DNA of 42,226 nt from Faecousia sp. (GCA_045661025.1 JAZREX010000033.1:1-42226); one strand, 5' to 3'. Shown: positions 8,932 through 19,373, counted from the first letter of the stretch. Notes: a model not told the origin generated them from the letters alone. Numbers and translations are program-made.

Positions 8932-10824
8932 TTATTCCTCCGATTGGTTTTCTTCCTGGGCTTGCACAGGGGTTCCGTTGACATATGCCATCAGTTCGTC
9001 ACCGGTGATGGTTTCCTTGTTCAGCAGGTACAATGCCACATCGTCCAAAAGCTGGCGGTTTGCTATGAGAATGTTCTTTGCTTCCTGATAGCACTGCTCC
9101 AACAGTTTTTTCACTTCTCTATCTACTACAGCGGCGGTTTCCTGGGAGCAGTCCAGATAGGTCTGGGCTTCCAGATACTGGTTCTGGACTGTAGCAGGGG
9201 CCATCAGACCCAACGTATCGTTCATGCCGAATTGGGCAATCATATTCCGGGCCAACGCGGTTGCCCGCTGAATATCATTGGAAGCGCCGGTGGTTTTGGT
9301 AGCAAACACCACTTCCTCTGCAGCGCGGCCGCCTACCAAGGTGCGCAGCTCTGTCAGCAGTTCCTGATTGGTCTGCAGATATTTTTCCTCCTCGGGCATC
9401 TGCATGGTATAGCCCAGCGCCCCGGAGGTGTGAGGAACGATGGTGATTTTGGAAACTGGCTTGGCGTGTTTTTCCAAAGCGGCGATCAAAGCATGACCCA
9501 CCTCGTGATATGCCACCAGCCGTTTTTCTGTGTCGGTAAGAATGGTGTTTTTCTTTTCTGTACCGGCCACCACAACCTCAAAGGAGACCAGTAGATCTTC
9601 TTGATTGACAGCCTTTCTGCCTTGGCGTACAGCCCGCAGAGCAGCTTCGTTTACCAGATTTGCCAGATCCGCGCCTACTGCGCCGGCAGTTGCTTGCGCA
9701 ATCTTTTTCAGATCCACATCTTCTGCTAATTTGATCTTGCGGGTGTGGACCTTCAAGGTATCCAAGCGACCTTGGAGATTAGGTCGATCTACCACGATCC
9801 GCCGATCAAAACGGCCGGGACGGAGGAGTGCTTTGTCCAAAATTTCCGGACGGTTGGTGGCGGCCAAGCAGACAATGCCCTTGGAAGAATCGAATCCGTC
9901 GATCTCGCCAAGAAGCTGATTGAGGGTCTGCTCATGCTCAGAGTTGCCGCCATACCGGGAATCCCGGGAACGGCCAACTGCATCGATTTCGTCAATGAAG
10001 ATAATGCAGGGGGCGACCTTGGCGGCCTGTCGGAACAAATCCCGAACTCGGCTGGCGCCAACGCCTACAAACATTTCCACAAAATCAGAGCCGGAAATGG
10101 AGAAGAAGGGCACATTGGCTTCACCGGCAACTGCCTTGGCCAGCAAAGTTTTACCCGTACCGGGAGAGCCTACCAATAGCGCGCCCTTGGGCAGCTTTGC
10201 ACCGATCTCGGTATACTTTTGGGGATTGTGGAGAAAGTCGATGATCTCTTGCAGAGATTCCTTGGCTTCGTCCTGTCCGGCCACATCCTTAAAGGTAACG
10301 CCGGTTTGCTTTTCCATGTATACTTTGGCTTTGCTTGCACCGATAGAGCCCATCATGCCATCACCGCCCATACGGCGGGTGAGCATATTGATGAAGAAGA
10401 ACATCAAAGCAAACATTACCACATAGGACAAGATCATCATAATGGTGGAGTTGTCTTCCACGATCTGTCGGTATACCTTAACGCCCATTTCGTCCAGGGC
10501 GTTGGCCAGTTCCATGGTGTCGCTGCCGGTGGGAAGACCGGTGTAGAAGGCTTTCTGCTGGGCAGCAGGCTTTTGGGCTTCTTCCTTGGTTAGGTAGACG
10601 ATTCGGTCGTAGCGCAGTTCTACTTCCGCCAGATTTTCTTCCAGAAATGCCTGACGGAAATCAGAATAGCTGGTTTCGGTATATTGGCTGTTTCTGGCAA
10701 AATTAAAGATAACAGTGATCAGCAGTACTGCGGCTGCTGCAATCAACAAGGTAATCCAAAAGTTACCCTTTGGTTTTTTGCTGTCTGGATTTGGTTTGTT
10801 TTGATTCTTGCGATTTTCTTCCAT
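8932..10824 (-). CDS. ftsH: ATP-dependent zinc metalloprotease FtsH
   Basis: Two N-terminal TM helices, Walker A GSPGTGKT, Walker [37 protein letters not shown]. Confidence 0.97.
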   Translation of the reverse strand: MEENRKNQNKPNPDSKKPKGNFWITLLIAAAAVLLITVIFNFARNSQYTETSYSDFRQAFLEENLAEVELRYDRIVYLTKEEAQKPAAQQKAFYTGLPTGSDTMELANALDEMGVKVYRQIVEDNSTIMMILSYVVMFALMFFFINMLTRRMGGDGMMGSIGASKAKVYMEKQTGVTFKDVAGQDEAKESLQEIIDFLHNPQKYTEIGAKLPKGALLVGSPGTGKTLLAKAVAGEANVPFFSISGSDFVEMFVGVGASRVRDLFRQAAKVAPCIIFIDEIDAVGRSRDSRYGGNSEHEQTLNQLLGEIDGFDSSKGIVCLAATNRPEILDKALLRPGRFDRRIVVDRPNLQGRLDTLKVHTRKIKLAEDVDLKKIAQATAGAVGADLANLVNEAALRAVRQGRKAVNQEDLLVSFEVVVAGTEKKNTILTDTEKRLVAYHEVGHALIAALEKHAKPVSKITIVPHTSGALGYTMQMPEEEKYLQTNQELLTELRTLVGGRAAEEVVFATKTTGASNDIQRATALARNMIAQFGMNDTLGLMAPATVQNQYLEAQTYLDCSQETAAVVDREVKKLLEQCYQEAKNILIANRQLLDDVALYLLNKETITGDELMAYVNGTPVQAQEENQSEE

Positions 10825-11037
10825 GATATTGCCTCCGTGATATTGCCTCTAGGAATCGTTTTACCCATATTATCATATTTTTTGCCTAACCGCAATGAAA
10901 GATACGGCAATTGGGGTAAATTTTCTGTGAATTTCCAGCGCAGTGCAAAAAATTAGCAGTTGTAGGACGGGAGAAAATCTGGTATAATGAGAAAAATACA
11001 ATGCTAAGATCTATCCCGCAGCAAAGGAGAATGGATT

Positions 11038-11835
11038 ATGAGAGAAAATTATCGCCGCCGCGAACCGGTACGGCCTGCACCTGTAGAAGAAAATGAAGGC
11101 CAGCTGGAGGGCAGAAATGCCCTGACAGAGGCGTTAAAAAGCGGTCGGACCATCGACAAGGTGTTTATAGCCTCCGGAGATACAGATCGGGCGTTGCAGC
11201 GGTTAGCTGCCCAGGCAAAAGAGGCCGGAGCGGTGGTGGTGCCGGTGGATAGACGCAAGCTCGATGCCATGAGTACCACCCGTTCTCACCAGGGTGTGAT
11301 CGCCCTGGTTGCTGCCAGAGAATATTATTCTATCGATGATCTGTTGGAGACTGCTGCAGAACGTGGAGAATGCCCGCTGCTTGTGATCTGCGATGAACTG
11401 TCTGACCCCCATAATTTGGGTGCGATCTTGCGTACTGCAGAATGTGCCGGTGCCCATGGCGTAATTATCCCCAAGCGCCGCAGCGTGGGTTTGACCGCGG
11501 TGGTGGCAAAGGCGTCTGCCGGTGCGGTGGAGTACATGAAAGTGGCAAGAGTAACCAATATTAACGCTGCCATCGAGGAGCTGAAAGAAAAGGGCGTTTG
11601 GATCTTCGGTACTGCCGCGGAAGGCTCTGTGCCTATGTATCAGGCAGATCTGACCATCCCTGCTGCGATTGTGATTGGCAACGAAGGCGACGGTATGAGC
11701 CGGTTGGTACAAAAAAATTGCGATGTTACTGTGCATATCCCCATGAAGGGGCAGATCACTTCTTTGAATGCGTCCAACGCTGCATCGATTTTGCTCTATG
11801 AAGCAGTGCGGCAGCGTCTGGGGAAGGAGGGCTGA
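11038..11835 (+). CDS. rlmB: 23S rRNA (Gm2251) 2'-O-methyltransferase RlmB (TrmH family)
   Basis: EGRN, HQGV, DPHNLGAILRTA, GNEGDG, IPMKGQITSLNASNA. Confidence 0.9.
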   Translation: MRENYRRREPVRPAPVEENEGQLEGRNALTEALKSGRTIDKVFIASGDTDRALQRLAAQAKEAGAVVVPVDRRKLDAMSTTRSHQGVIALVAAREYYSIDDLLETAAERGECPLLVICDELSDPHNLGAILRTAECAGAHGVIIPKRRSVGLTAVVAKASAGAVEYMKVARVTNINAAIEELKEKGVWIFGTAAEGSVPMYQADLTIPAAIVIGNEGDGMSRLVQKNCDVTVHIPMKGQITSLNASNAASILLYEAVRQRLGKEG

Positions 11836-11837
11836 GT

Positions 11838-14021
11838 ATGGATGAACAGGAACTGAAAAACCAATCCTTTGAAGAAGAATTTAGCTTAGAGGACATTATC
11901 AAGGAGTTTAGTGATCTTCCTCAAGAGGAAGTGACTCCGATCCTTGCGGAAGAACCGGAAGAAGATCCCCAAATACAGCTTGAAGAAACGGTCGAAGTCC
12001 AGCTGGAAGAAGAGACTGATGCTCAGTTGGAAGAGATTATGGAAGAAACCCTGGAAGAAATCTTGGGAGGAATTCTGGAAGAACCCCAGGAAGAGCTCTG
12101 GGAAGAACCCCAGGAAGAACTCCAAGAAGAACCCCAGGAAGAACCGGTGGCGGTCACAGAGGCCACCATTCGTTTGGAAGCCATTCCGGGTCTCAAGGGG
12201 ACAGTAAGAAACGCAGCACCTATTACCCGGGAGGAAGAGGACGATGTGACGCCCTACATTCCTGTTGTACCCCAGGGTGCAGAGCCTTATTCTGAGGAAT
12301 GGGAGCCGGAATATGAGCAGCCTATTGCGGAGTATGTGCCGCCCCGCCCGATTTTGTTCCATCCCCGTTCCCGGTTGCGGGAATTAAAGCGCAAGCTGGT
12401 AAACGGTCCAGAACGGATGTATTATGAAATGTCGGAAAAAGGCTTGGGCAAGCTGCAGCTGGCGATCTTCTTTAGCTTGCTGGTTGTGTTGCTCACTGCC
12501 GGTGCTACTGCTATGTATGCCATGGGTTGGGTAGGGGAGAATCGGCTGCGGCTGATGATCTTCGGCCAGTTTTTAGCCATGCTGATCTCGGCGTTTTTCG
12601 GCAGCAACCAGCTGATCGAAGGCGGCGTGGATATTTTCAAAAAGCGCTTTTCCCTAAATTCCATGCTGCTGGTTTCCTTTGTGCTATGCTGCGCTGACGG
12701 TGTGCTGTGCTTACTGCAGTTGCGCCTGCCTTGCTGCGCCGCTTTTAGCCTGCAGATGACCATGTCTTTGTGGAACGCCTATCATAAGCGAAATACCCAA
12801 TTAGGACAGCTGGATACCATGCGCAAAGCTGTTCGTTTGGATAGCATTACCCGGCAGGAAGATTACTTGGAGGGCGCTCCCGCGCTTCTTCGGGGAGAGG
12901 GCCAGGTGGAGGATTTTATGGACACCCTGGACAGCCCCTCCCAGCTTGATAAAGTGATTTCTGTGTATGCCCTGGTATGTTTGGGTATCAGCCTGGCTAC
13001 CGGTGTGGCAGCCGGTGTGCTCCATGGGGTGAGCGTTGGCATTCAAGTAGCATCAGTTACCGCATTGGCAGCAATTCCTGCGTCTATGTTTGTGACACTA
13101 TCTCGTCCTATGGCGGTGCTGGAACGGCGGCATCATGCCCTGGGCACTGTGCTGTGCGGTTGGCAGGGCGTAGAGGGAATGTGCAATAAGGTGCTGTTCC
13201 CCTTGAACCATGAAGACCTGCTGCCTGTGGATGGGGTCAAAATGAATGGCGTGAAATTCTATGGCAGTCGACAGCCCGATGAGATCATCTCCTATGCAGC
13301 AGCCTTGGTTGCAGCAGACGGGGGTTCTCTTACCCATCTGTTTGAGCATCTTCTGGAGAGCCGGAACGGGATGCATTATGATGTCACCCAGTTTTGTGGT
13401 TATGAAAATGGCGGCATTGGCGGTATTGTCAATGATGAGTCGGTGCTGGTGGGCACAAAGACTTTCTTGAAAGAGATGGGTGTACAGATCCCGGAAGGGA
13501 TTCGGGTGCACCAGGCAGTTTGTGTTGCCATTGACGGAGAACTTTGCGGTTTGTTTGCAGTGGTGTTTGAAAAGGACAATAATTGCGCTGCCGGTTTTGC
13601 GACCTTGTGCGGTTATCGCAATTTACATCCTGTGATCACAGGCGGCGATTTTGTGCTGACTGAGAGTTTCTTGAAGAATCACTTTGATGTAAAAGCAAAG
13701 CGTGTGGTGATCCCGGAGGATACCCAGCGCAGACAGCTGGCAGAACGAGCCCAAGCACCGGAGGCAAAAGCTTTGGCGTTGGTGACTTCCCAGGGTTTGG
13801 CACCTTTTGCTTACGCAGTAACCGGCGCTCGGGCGTTAAAGAGCGCGGCAAAGGCCGGTGTAATAGTGCACATGATCGGCGGTATTTTAGGTATGCTGAT
13901 GATGTTGGCCTTGGCGATCATCGGTGCAACCCAGCTGCTGACCCCTGCCAATATGTTCTTGTACGAGTTGGTGTGGATGGTGCCCGGTTTGCTCATTACT
14001 GAGTGGACACGTTCAATTTAA
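11838..14021 (+). CDS. Membrane protein with acidic low-complexity N-terminus and degenerate P1B-type ATPase-like C-terminal half
   Basis: About 190-aa E/P-rich N-region and about 8 hydrophobic helices. N-domain-like GGIGGIVNDESVLVG and VCVAIDGELCGLFAV. No DKTGT or GDGxND. Confidence 0.7.
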   Translation: MDEQELKNQSFEEEFSLEDIIKEFSDLPQEEVTPILAEEPEEDPQIQLEETVEVQLEEETDAQLEEIMEETLEEILGGILEEPQEELWEEPQEELQEEPQEEPVAVTEATIRLEAIPGLKGTVRNAAPITREEEDDVTPYIPVVPQGAEPYSEEWEPEYEQPIAEYVPPRPILFHPRSRLRELKRKLVNGPERMYYEMSEKGLGKLQLAIFFSLLVVLLTAGATAMYAMGWVGENRLRLMIFGQFLAMLISAFFGSNQLIEGGVDIFKKRFSLNSMLLVSFVLCCADGVLCLLQLRLPCCAAFSLQMTMSLWNAYHKRNTQLGQLDTMRKAVRLDSITRQEDYLEGAPALLRGEGQVEDFMDTLDSPSQLDKVISVYALVCLGISLATGVAAGVLHGVSVGIQVASVTALAAIPASMFVTLSRPMAVLERRHHALGTVLCGWQGVEGMCNKVLFPLNHEDLLPVDGVKMNGVKFYGSRQPDEIISYAAALVAADGGSLTHLFEHLLESRNGMHYDVTQFCGYENGGIGGIVNDESVLVGTKTFLKEMGVQIPEGIRVHQAVCVAIDGELCGLFAVVFEKDNNCAAGFATLCGYRNLHPVITGGDFVLTESFLKNHFDVKAKRVVIPEDTQRRQLAERAQAPEAKALALVTSQGLAPFAYAVTGARALKSAAKAGVIVHMIGGILGMLMMLALAIIGATQLLTPANMFLYELVWMVPGLLITEWTRSI
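12078..12149 (+). repeat. Three tandem in-frame 24-bp repeats (EEPQEExx)
   Basis: GAAGAACCCCAGGAAGA... at 12078, 12102 and 12126. Confidence 0.85.
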
Positions 14022-14022
14022 T

Positions 14023-14059
14023 AAAAAATGATCCCCGAAAAATTCGGGGATCATTTTTT
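14023..14059. terminator. Bidirectional intrinsic terminator
   Basis: AAAAAATGATCCCCGAA-aaa-TTCGGGGATCATTTTTT. Confidence 0.88.
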
Positions 14060-15164
14060 ATTTAATGGTTGAACCGTTATTTAACACCAGGGTGCTATAC
14101 AGAAACAGCACATCCTGTCCTTTGAACTGTATAAACTGATCCAGCATTTTACTGCTGATATAGCGAAGATCTACTAAAGTTACCGTCTTGTATTCACTAA
14201 GCAGCAGGGGGGTCATGGAACTGCCGAAAGAATCCCGGAAGATGATGAGTTCTTTATCTGTGGTTGCGTTTGGGTTATCAATGGTAAGCAAAAAGCTGGC
14301 GCCTGACAGATAAACATCGTACAGATCTTTGCTGGAGAGCTTTTCCATGTTGTATACATCGGCGGTTTCTTGTTTTTCGTAGTTGTATACTTTGCAGTTA
14401 CGCAGCGTATCGTTTTCCAACAAATACATAGTATCCGGTTTCATAGGGAGGGCGGCTTGTCCGTAGTACACGCCATAGAAGGGGCGCCCAACAGGGATTT
14501 TTTCAAAATCATCTTCCTTTGGCTGGGAAACACCTAAGGCCTTGGTGATTTTTTGTGCCGCAGGAATCAGATTTTCCTGACGCCAATGGGTGTCGGTGAA
14601 GTAGTAATCCTGTTGGGTCAGACAATCTGTGATATCTACAAAATTGGCCCAAGGGAGACTCTCGCGCAGAACGGAAAACATTGCATCATAATCCATGGAT
14701 GGATAACCGTTGGGCTGCGCCAAATAGTAGCCCTTATCCGGTACGGGAACAAAGGTGATCTTGCTGCCGGTGTCCTTTAAATAAGTGTCATACACATAGT
14801 TAAAACGGGAGCAAACATACTTTACAGAAGATAGATTTAAGGGATATTCCAGCTTGGCGGCATAGCCATCTTCGATATAAATGCCGTTGTTGTCCTTTTG
14901 CTGCAGTCCGTAGTAATGAAACACAGACTTTAAGGTACGGAAAGGATCTCGCAGGGGGAATTGATCCAGAGCAGCATCTTCAAAATTAGCCATAAAAGAA
15001 CCGTTAAGCAGAGTGTCGGCTGTTACCGGAGGCATTTGCTCCAGTGGCCGCCGTTCTGCCTCTGAAAAATCGTTTGCCGGCAAGAACCAAGCGCAGGCGG
15101 TAAGGCTTGCCCACAATGTGATCAGCAGCGCTGCGCCAAGTATGCGAATTTTTTTACAATCCAT
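14058..15164 (-). CDS. DHHW family (AlgX/AlgJ-like SGNH) extracellular acyltransferase-like protein
   Basis: N-terminal anchor. Motifs DQFPLRD, YYFTDTHW, IFRDSFGSS, VDLRY. Adjacent to the MBOAT gene. Confidence 0.82.
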   Translation of the reverse strand: MDCKKIRILGAALLITLWASLTACAWFLPANDFSEAERRPLEQMPPVTADTLLNGSFMANFEDAALDQFPLRDPFRTLKSVFHYYGLQQKDNNGIYIEDGYAAKLEYPLNLSSVKYVCSRFNYVYDTYLKDTGSKITFVPVPDKGYYLAQPNGYPSMDYDAMFSVLRESLPWANFVDITDCLTQQDYYFTDTHWRQENLIPAAQKITKALGVSQPKEDDFEKIPVGRPFYGVYYGQAALPMKPDTMYLLENDTLRNCKVYNYEKQETADVYNMEKLSSKDLYDVYLSGASFLLTIDNPNATTDKELIIFRDSFGSSMTPLLLSEYKTVTLVDLRYISSKMLDQFIQFKGQDVLFLYSTLVLNNGSTIK

Positions 15165-15176
15165 CGTTATCCCTCC

Positions 15177-16562
15177 TTAAAAACGGAAATACAGGAAGGG
15201 GCTGAATGAACCGTCTACCAGATAGGCGGTACAGATCAAAAGCAAAGCGATCAGGAATATAGGCTCGATAATCGCTACCCATTTCTGATTTTCTACTTTC
15301 AAAGCCATATGTTTGACCAAAGGTGTGGTGCCGATAAAACCTGCTAAGAACAGACATCCGTAGCTTCGTAGATAATAGAGGGTTTGGCTGTTGATCAGAG
15401 GCAAACCGCTGAAGCCGAAAAGACCGGCAAAGTCTTGCCCGGCCTGTGTCAAAGTTTCTGCATTAAATAGAACAAAACCAAGCAACACAATGAGCATGGT
15501 GTAAATGTGGCTGAGTGCGCGGGGTATATTTTTCAGGGCAGGCAACCATTTTTCCAGCATCAAAAAGACGGCATATAACAGACCCCATAGGACAAAGTTC
15601 CATGCAGCGCCGTGCCATAGGCCGGTAAGCATCCAAACCACCAAGGTGTTAAACACCCAACGGCCGTTGCTGACCCGGTTGCCCCCCAAGGGAATATAGA
15701 CATAGTCACGAAACCAGGAGCCCAGGCTCATATGCCAACGCCGCCAGAATTCTCCGATGCTTCTGGATAGATACGGATAGTTAAAGTTTTCGATAAAGTG
15801 GAAGCCAAACACCCGTCCAAGACCGATGGCCATATCCGAGTAGCCGGAAAAGTCAAAGTAGATATTCAAACAGAAGGCGATGGCGTACATCCAGTAGAAC
15901 AGGATGCTTTGCTCTGGGGATTCGCGAAACAGTTTTATCAGAAGCGCAAAGTTATCCGCGAGGATCACTTTTTTGGCTAAGCCTATGAGGAAACGCCGAA
16001 GTCCCAGCGCTACATTTTCCCAGCTGTGGGTGCGGTGATCCAATTCTTTTGCTACATCGAAATAACGCACGATGGGGCCTGCGATCAGTTGAGGGAACAA
16101 TGCAACATAAGCACCGAAGTGAATGGGGTTTTTCTGTACAGGTACATTTTGGCGGTACAGATCAATGGTATAGCTTAAACATTGGAAGGTGTAGAAACTG
16201 ATGCCCACAGGTAGCGCTAACCGTAATAGAGGGATGCTCAGACCGGTTGCAGCATTAAAGGAGCTTATGAAGAAATCTGCGTATTTGAAGATTCCCAGAA
16301 GAGAAAGACTTGCTACTACAGATACAGTGAGCCAGAATCGCTTCCAACCCTTAGAAGTTGCTTTGTCTATGGCAAGACCGCAGAGATAGAAAAGGATAAT
16401 GGTGGCAACCATCAAGAAAACATATTTAGGCTCTCCCCATCCATAAAAAATAAGGCTGGACAGTAACAAAACCGTATTTTTTAGGCTGCGTGGCACCAGA
16501 AAGTAGATGGCAATCACTGCTGGCAGAAAGTAATATAGAAACGGGATACTGGAAAACAGCAT
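15177..16562 (-). CDS. MBOAT family O-acyltransferase (AlgI/DltB/PatA-like)
   Basis: Start MLFSS after RBS AAGGAG. Motifs LPVGISFYTFQ, FPQLIAGPIVR, YFDFSGYSDMAIG, FWRRWHMSL, GLWHGA. Confidence 0.95.
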   Translation of the reverse strand: MLFSSIPFLYYFLPAVIAIYFLVPRSLKNTVLLLSSLIFYGWGEPKYVFLMVATIILFYLCGLAIDKATSKGWKRFWLTVSVVASLSLLGIFKYADFFISSFNAATGLSIPLLRLALPVGISFYTFQCLSYTIDLYRQNVPVQKNPIHFGAYVALFPQLIAGPIVRYFDVAKELDHRTHSWENVALGLRRFLIGLAKKVILADNFALLIKLFRESPEQSILFYWMYAIAFCLNIYFDFSGYSDMAIGLGRVFGFHFIENFNYPYLSRSIGEFWRRWHMSLGSWFRDYVYIPLGGNRVSNGRWVFNTLVVWMLTGLWHGAAWNFVLWGLLYAVFLMLEKWLPALKNIPRALSHIYTMLIVLLGFVLFNAETLTQAGQDFAGLFGFSGLPLINSQTLYYLRSYGCLFLAGFIGTTPLVKHMALKVENQKWVAIIEPIFLIALLLICTAYLVDGSFSPFLYFRF

Positions 16563-16583
16563 AATGGTTTCTCCTTCGTGAAT

Positions 16584-16614
16584 AAAAAAGAGGCAGCGCC
16601 GAAACACTGCCTCT
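16584..16614 (-). terminator. Terminator-like hairpin between the lipoprotein and MBOAT genes
   Basis: AGAGGCAGTG-tttcgg-CGCTGCCTCT-TTTTT on the minus strand. Confidence 0.7.
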
Positions 16615-16628
16615 ATGATATCAGCTTG

Positions 16629-17249
16629 TTAGTTCAAAGTAAAGGCCAGGTCTTCGCCGCGGACAGTCTTGAAAGCATCGATGAAGGACTGTGCAGTCAT
16701 ATCCAGTGCGGAGTCCAGCATAACCAGAACAACAACATCTTCGTGACCGGCAACCAGCAGCTGGTCAGCGCCAACGCAGACCCACTTGCGGGTGTCGATG
16801 CCGTTTTTCATAGCTTCAGCAATGGTCTGGGTGTGGGCGGCGTCCTTAACCCGGACGGCAACCAGAGAGAAAGCGATAGAGCCAACCATGGACTCGCAAA
16901 CAGCCAGGTCGGAAATGTCATCGCCGTTTTCCAGACCGGTGTAACTCTGAATCTGGTACTCAGCTGCCTCAGCAGTGGTTAGGTCGATGGTGGCGACCAT
17001 GGGACCCATGACAGAAGCGGGCTGGATAGCCAGGATGTTATTCAACAGAGCTTCCATGGAATTGGGGTCGGTGTTGATCTCGATCTCGATGTCGCCTTCA
17101 TCGGGGGTGGATTCGGTTTCATCGTCAATGATCTCATCGGTGACTTGGGTGGTGGTTTCAGTGGTAGATTCGTTGATGTCGTTGTTGCCGCAAGCAACCA
17201 GACCCATAGCCAGGGTCAGAACCAGCAGCAGAGCGATCAGCTTCTTCAT
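16629..17249 (-). CDS. Lipoprotein of unknown function
   Basis: Lipobox LVAC, T/E-rich linker, IDTRKWVCV motif. RBS GGAGG. Confidence 0.85.
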   Translation of the reverse strand: MKKLIALLLVLTLAMGLVACGNNDINESTTETTTQVTDEIIDDETESTPDEGDIEIEINTDPNSMEALLNNILAIQPASVMGPMVATIDLTTAEAAEYQIQSYTGLENGDDISDLAVCESMVGSIAFSLVAVRVKDAAHTQTIAEAMKNGIDTRKWVCVGADQLLVAGHEDVVVLVMLDSALDMTAQSFIDAFKTVRGEDLAFTLN

Positions 17250-17410
17250 AAATTGTTTCCTCCAAAATAAATGTTTTATGTTTGAATTTATATACGCTTA
17301 CATAGGCTTATTTTTACAAGCCTGAGGGATTATATCAACTTTCCGGAGGGTTGTCAAGGGTTATACAAAAAAGTTCACAATATTGAAAATGCTGGTCAGA
17401 TTTTATAGAT

Positions 17411-17740
17411 TTACATAGAAAAAAACTGCATTAAAATCATATAAAACAATGTGCCGCCACCGATAGAAAGCAGGGTGTTGCGTCGCCATAAATGCAATCC
17501 TACTACTGCTGCGCAGCCCAATAGTTCTGGGATGCCGTAGGGATATTGCAAAAAGGTTGTATCCTTAAAGCAATAAACTACCAGCATACCCATAATGGCA
17601 TAGGGCAACACGCTTCCCAGGTATGTGACCCAGGACGGTGTTTTTTCTTTGTCCCGGAAAAGCAGAAAGGGTAAAAATCGAGTAGCCATGGTAGCCAAGG
17701 CAGCCACAGCCACGATCAAAATGCTGTGCAGATCATTCAT
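17411..17740 (-). CDS. azlD: AzlD family branched-chain amino acid transporter subunit
   Basis: TRFLPF, LPYAIMGMLVVYC, RNTLLSIGGGT. Overlaps the azlC stop. Confidence 0.9.
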   Translation of the reverse strand: MNDLHSILIVAVAALATMATRFLPFLLFRDKEKTPSWVTYLGSVLPYAIMGMLVVYCFKDTTFLQYPYGIPELLGCAAVVGLHLWRRNTLLSIGGGTLFYMILMQFFSM

Positions 17741-18425
17741 AGACTTTCCTCCTTGCAGTTTTTCCGGAAATGGTCAAAAGCAGGGCAATAGACACCATTG
17801 CCGGAATCAGGAAGATATTTTTGCCGAAGATCAAAAGGCAGATGAGCGAGCTGGCGATGCCGATGATAGCGGGGCGGTGATTTTGACTGCTGAGCCATTG
17901 CTCTACAAATAAGGTAACAAACAAAGCGGTGAGGACAAATTCCAGGCCTGCAAAGCTGACAGGGACAACAGATCCTACCCAGCCGCCTAAAACGCAACCG
18001 AGTATCCAGTAGATGTGGTTAAGCAGAGAAACGAAAAAGCAATAAGCGCCCCGGCTGACCCCAGCAGGGGGGAGGTTTTGGGTCACCAAAGAATAGGTTT
18101 CGTCGGTTAACGCGAAAATCATATAGGGCTTTTTCTTGCCCACATCCCGATAGGAATCCAATAGAGAAATGCCGTAAAACAGATGACGGGCGTTGAGCAG
18201 TAATGTGGCCATCAAGGTGCTCAGAAGCGAGGCTTGGCTTGCCAAAAGGCTAACCACCAAATACTGGGCTGAGCCGGCATACATAAACAGGGACATAGCA
18301 AATGCCCAAAAGATGCCATAGCCTGCTTTCTGTAGAAGAATGCCAAAGCCAATGCCCAAAAACAGATAACCCGTCAGCACCGGAAGGGTATCTGTAAATA
18401 TTTGTTTGATTGCGGATTTTTTCAT
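17733..18425 (-). CDS. azlC: AzlC family branched-chain amino acid permease
   Basis: YAGSAQY, LNARHLFYG, LTDETYS. Confidence 0.92.
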   Translation of the reverse strand: MKKSAIKQIFTDTLPVLTGYLFLGIGFGILLQKAGYGIFWAFAMSLFMYAGSAQYLVVSLLASQASLLSTLMATLLLNARHLFYGISLLDSYRDVGKKKPYMIFALTDETYSLVTQNLPPAGVSRGAYCFFVSLLNHIYWILGCVLGGWVGSVVPVSFAGLEFVLTALFVTLFVEQWLSSQNHRPAIIGIASSLICLLIFGKNIFLIPAMVSIALLLTISGKTARRKVYE

Positions 18426-18552
18426 ATGTATTCTCCTGGTTTTTTCTTATAAGGATTATAGGTCTGCGGGGAGGGAAAGTCAATGTAAATTCCCTTGTTT
18501 TTTTCTAACTTCGCTATTATAATAATGTATATATCTATAAAGAGGTGAAATC

Positions 18553-19077
18553 ATGAAAAAGGAAATTGATGTATTCGCATATGCCTCCAAAATTCTAGAA
18601 GAGGTTGGCAAGGGCGTTTTGCTCACCACCAGTCTGGATGGGAAGGTAAATACCATGACTGTCGGCTGGGGCACAATGGGTATACAGTGGGGAAAGCCTA
18701 TTTTTATTGCCTATGTACGGCAGAGTCGTTACACAAAGGAATTTTTGGATCAGACCGGGGAGTTTACCATCAATGTGCCGATGGAGTCTGTGGATAAGCA
18801 GATCCTGTGCCTTTGCGGTACAAAGTCGGGAAGAGATGTGGATAAGGTGGCAGCTTTGGGTTTGACGACAGTTCCTGGCACCACGGTGGCAGCGCCGGGC
18901 TTTACCCAGCTGCCTTTGACCTTGGAATGTAAGGTGATCTATCGTCAAGATCAAAATCTGCAGGCGATTTGCCCGGAAAGCTTGGCGCGGTTCTACGCCC
19001 CGGGCAGTGCGGATGAAGAGAATTTCCACACAGCTTATTATGGAGAAATCACTGCGGCTTATCTCATTGAAGAATGA
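18553..19077 (+). CDS. Flavin reductase-like (flavoredoxin) protein
   Basis: NTMTVGWG, VRQSRYT, EFTINVP, CGTKSGRDVDK, LECKV. Confidence 0.88.
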   Translation: MKKEIDVFAYASKILEEVGKGVLLTTSLDGKVNTMTVGWGTMGIQWGKPIFIAYVRQSRYTKEFLDQTGEFTINVPMESVDKQILCLCGTKSGRDVDKVAALGLTTVPGTTVAAPGFTQLPLTLECKVIYRQDQNLQAICPESLARFYAPGSADEENFHTAYYGEITAAYLIEE

Positions 19078-19085
19078 AAATATAC

Positions 19086-19127
19086 AAAAAACTATCCTGT
19101 GATAAATTGATCGCAGGATAGTTTTTT
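19086..19127. terminator. Intrinsic terminator
   Basis: AAAAAACTATCCTGTGAT ... ATCGCAGGATAGTTTTTT. Confidence 0.85.
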
Positions 19128-19199
19128 GTTATGCAAAGAAGAGGAAGATATTTGGGTAATTTTTACAAGTAAAAAAGTGAGCAAAATGGCAATCTGCTA

Positions 19200-19227
19200 T
19201 TGAAATTTACATAAATTATGATATACT
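19200..19227 (+). promoter_or_regulatory. Candidate SigA promoter of the giant gene
   Basis: TTGAAA-16 bp-TATACT with extended TG. Implies a leader of about 140 nt before the RBS AAAGGGG. Confidence 0.5.
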
Positions 19228-19373
19228 GTATTCGTAATAATATACAAAATGTGTAATTATGCCTGTTTGCTTGATGGTGTTTTGTACCAATGTCCACACT
19301 TTTTGTGGTATAAACCCTGAAAATAACGCCTAAAAGTGCAAAATACACATGATGTAGAGGAAAGGGGATTTCT

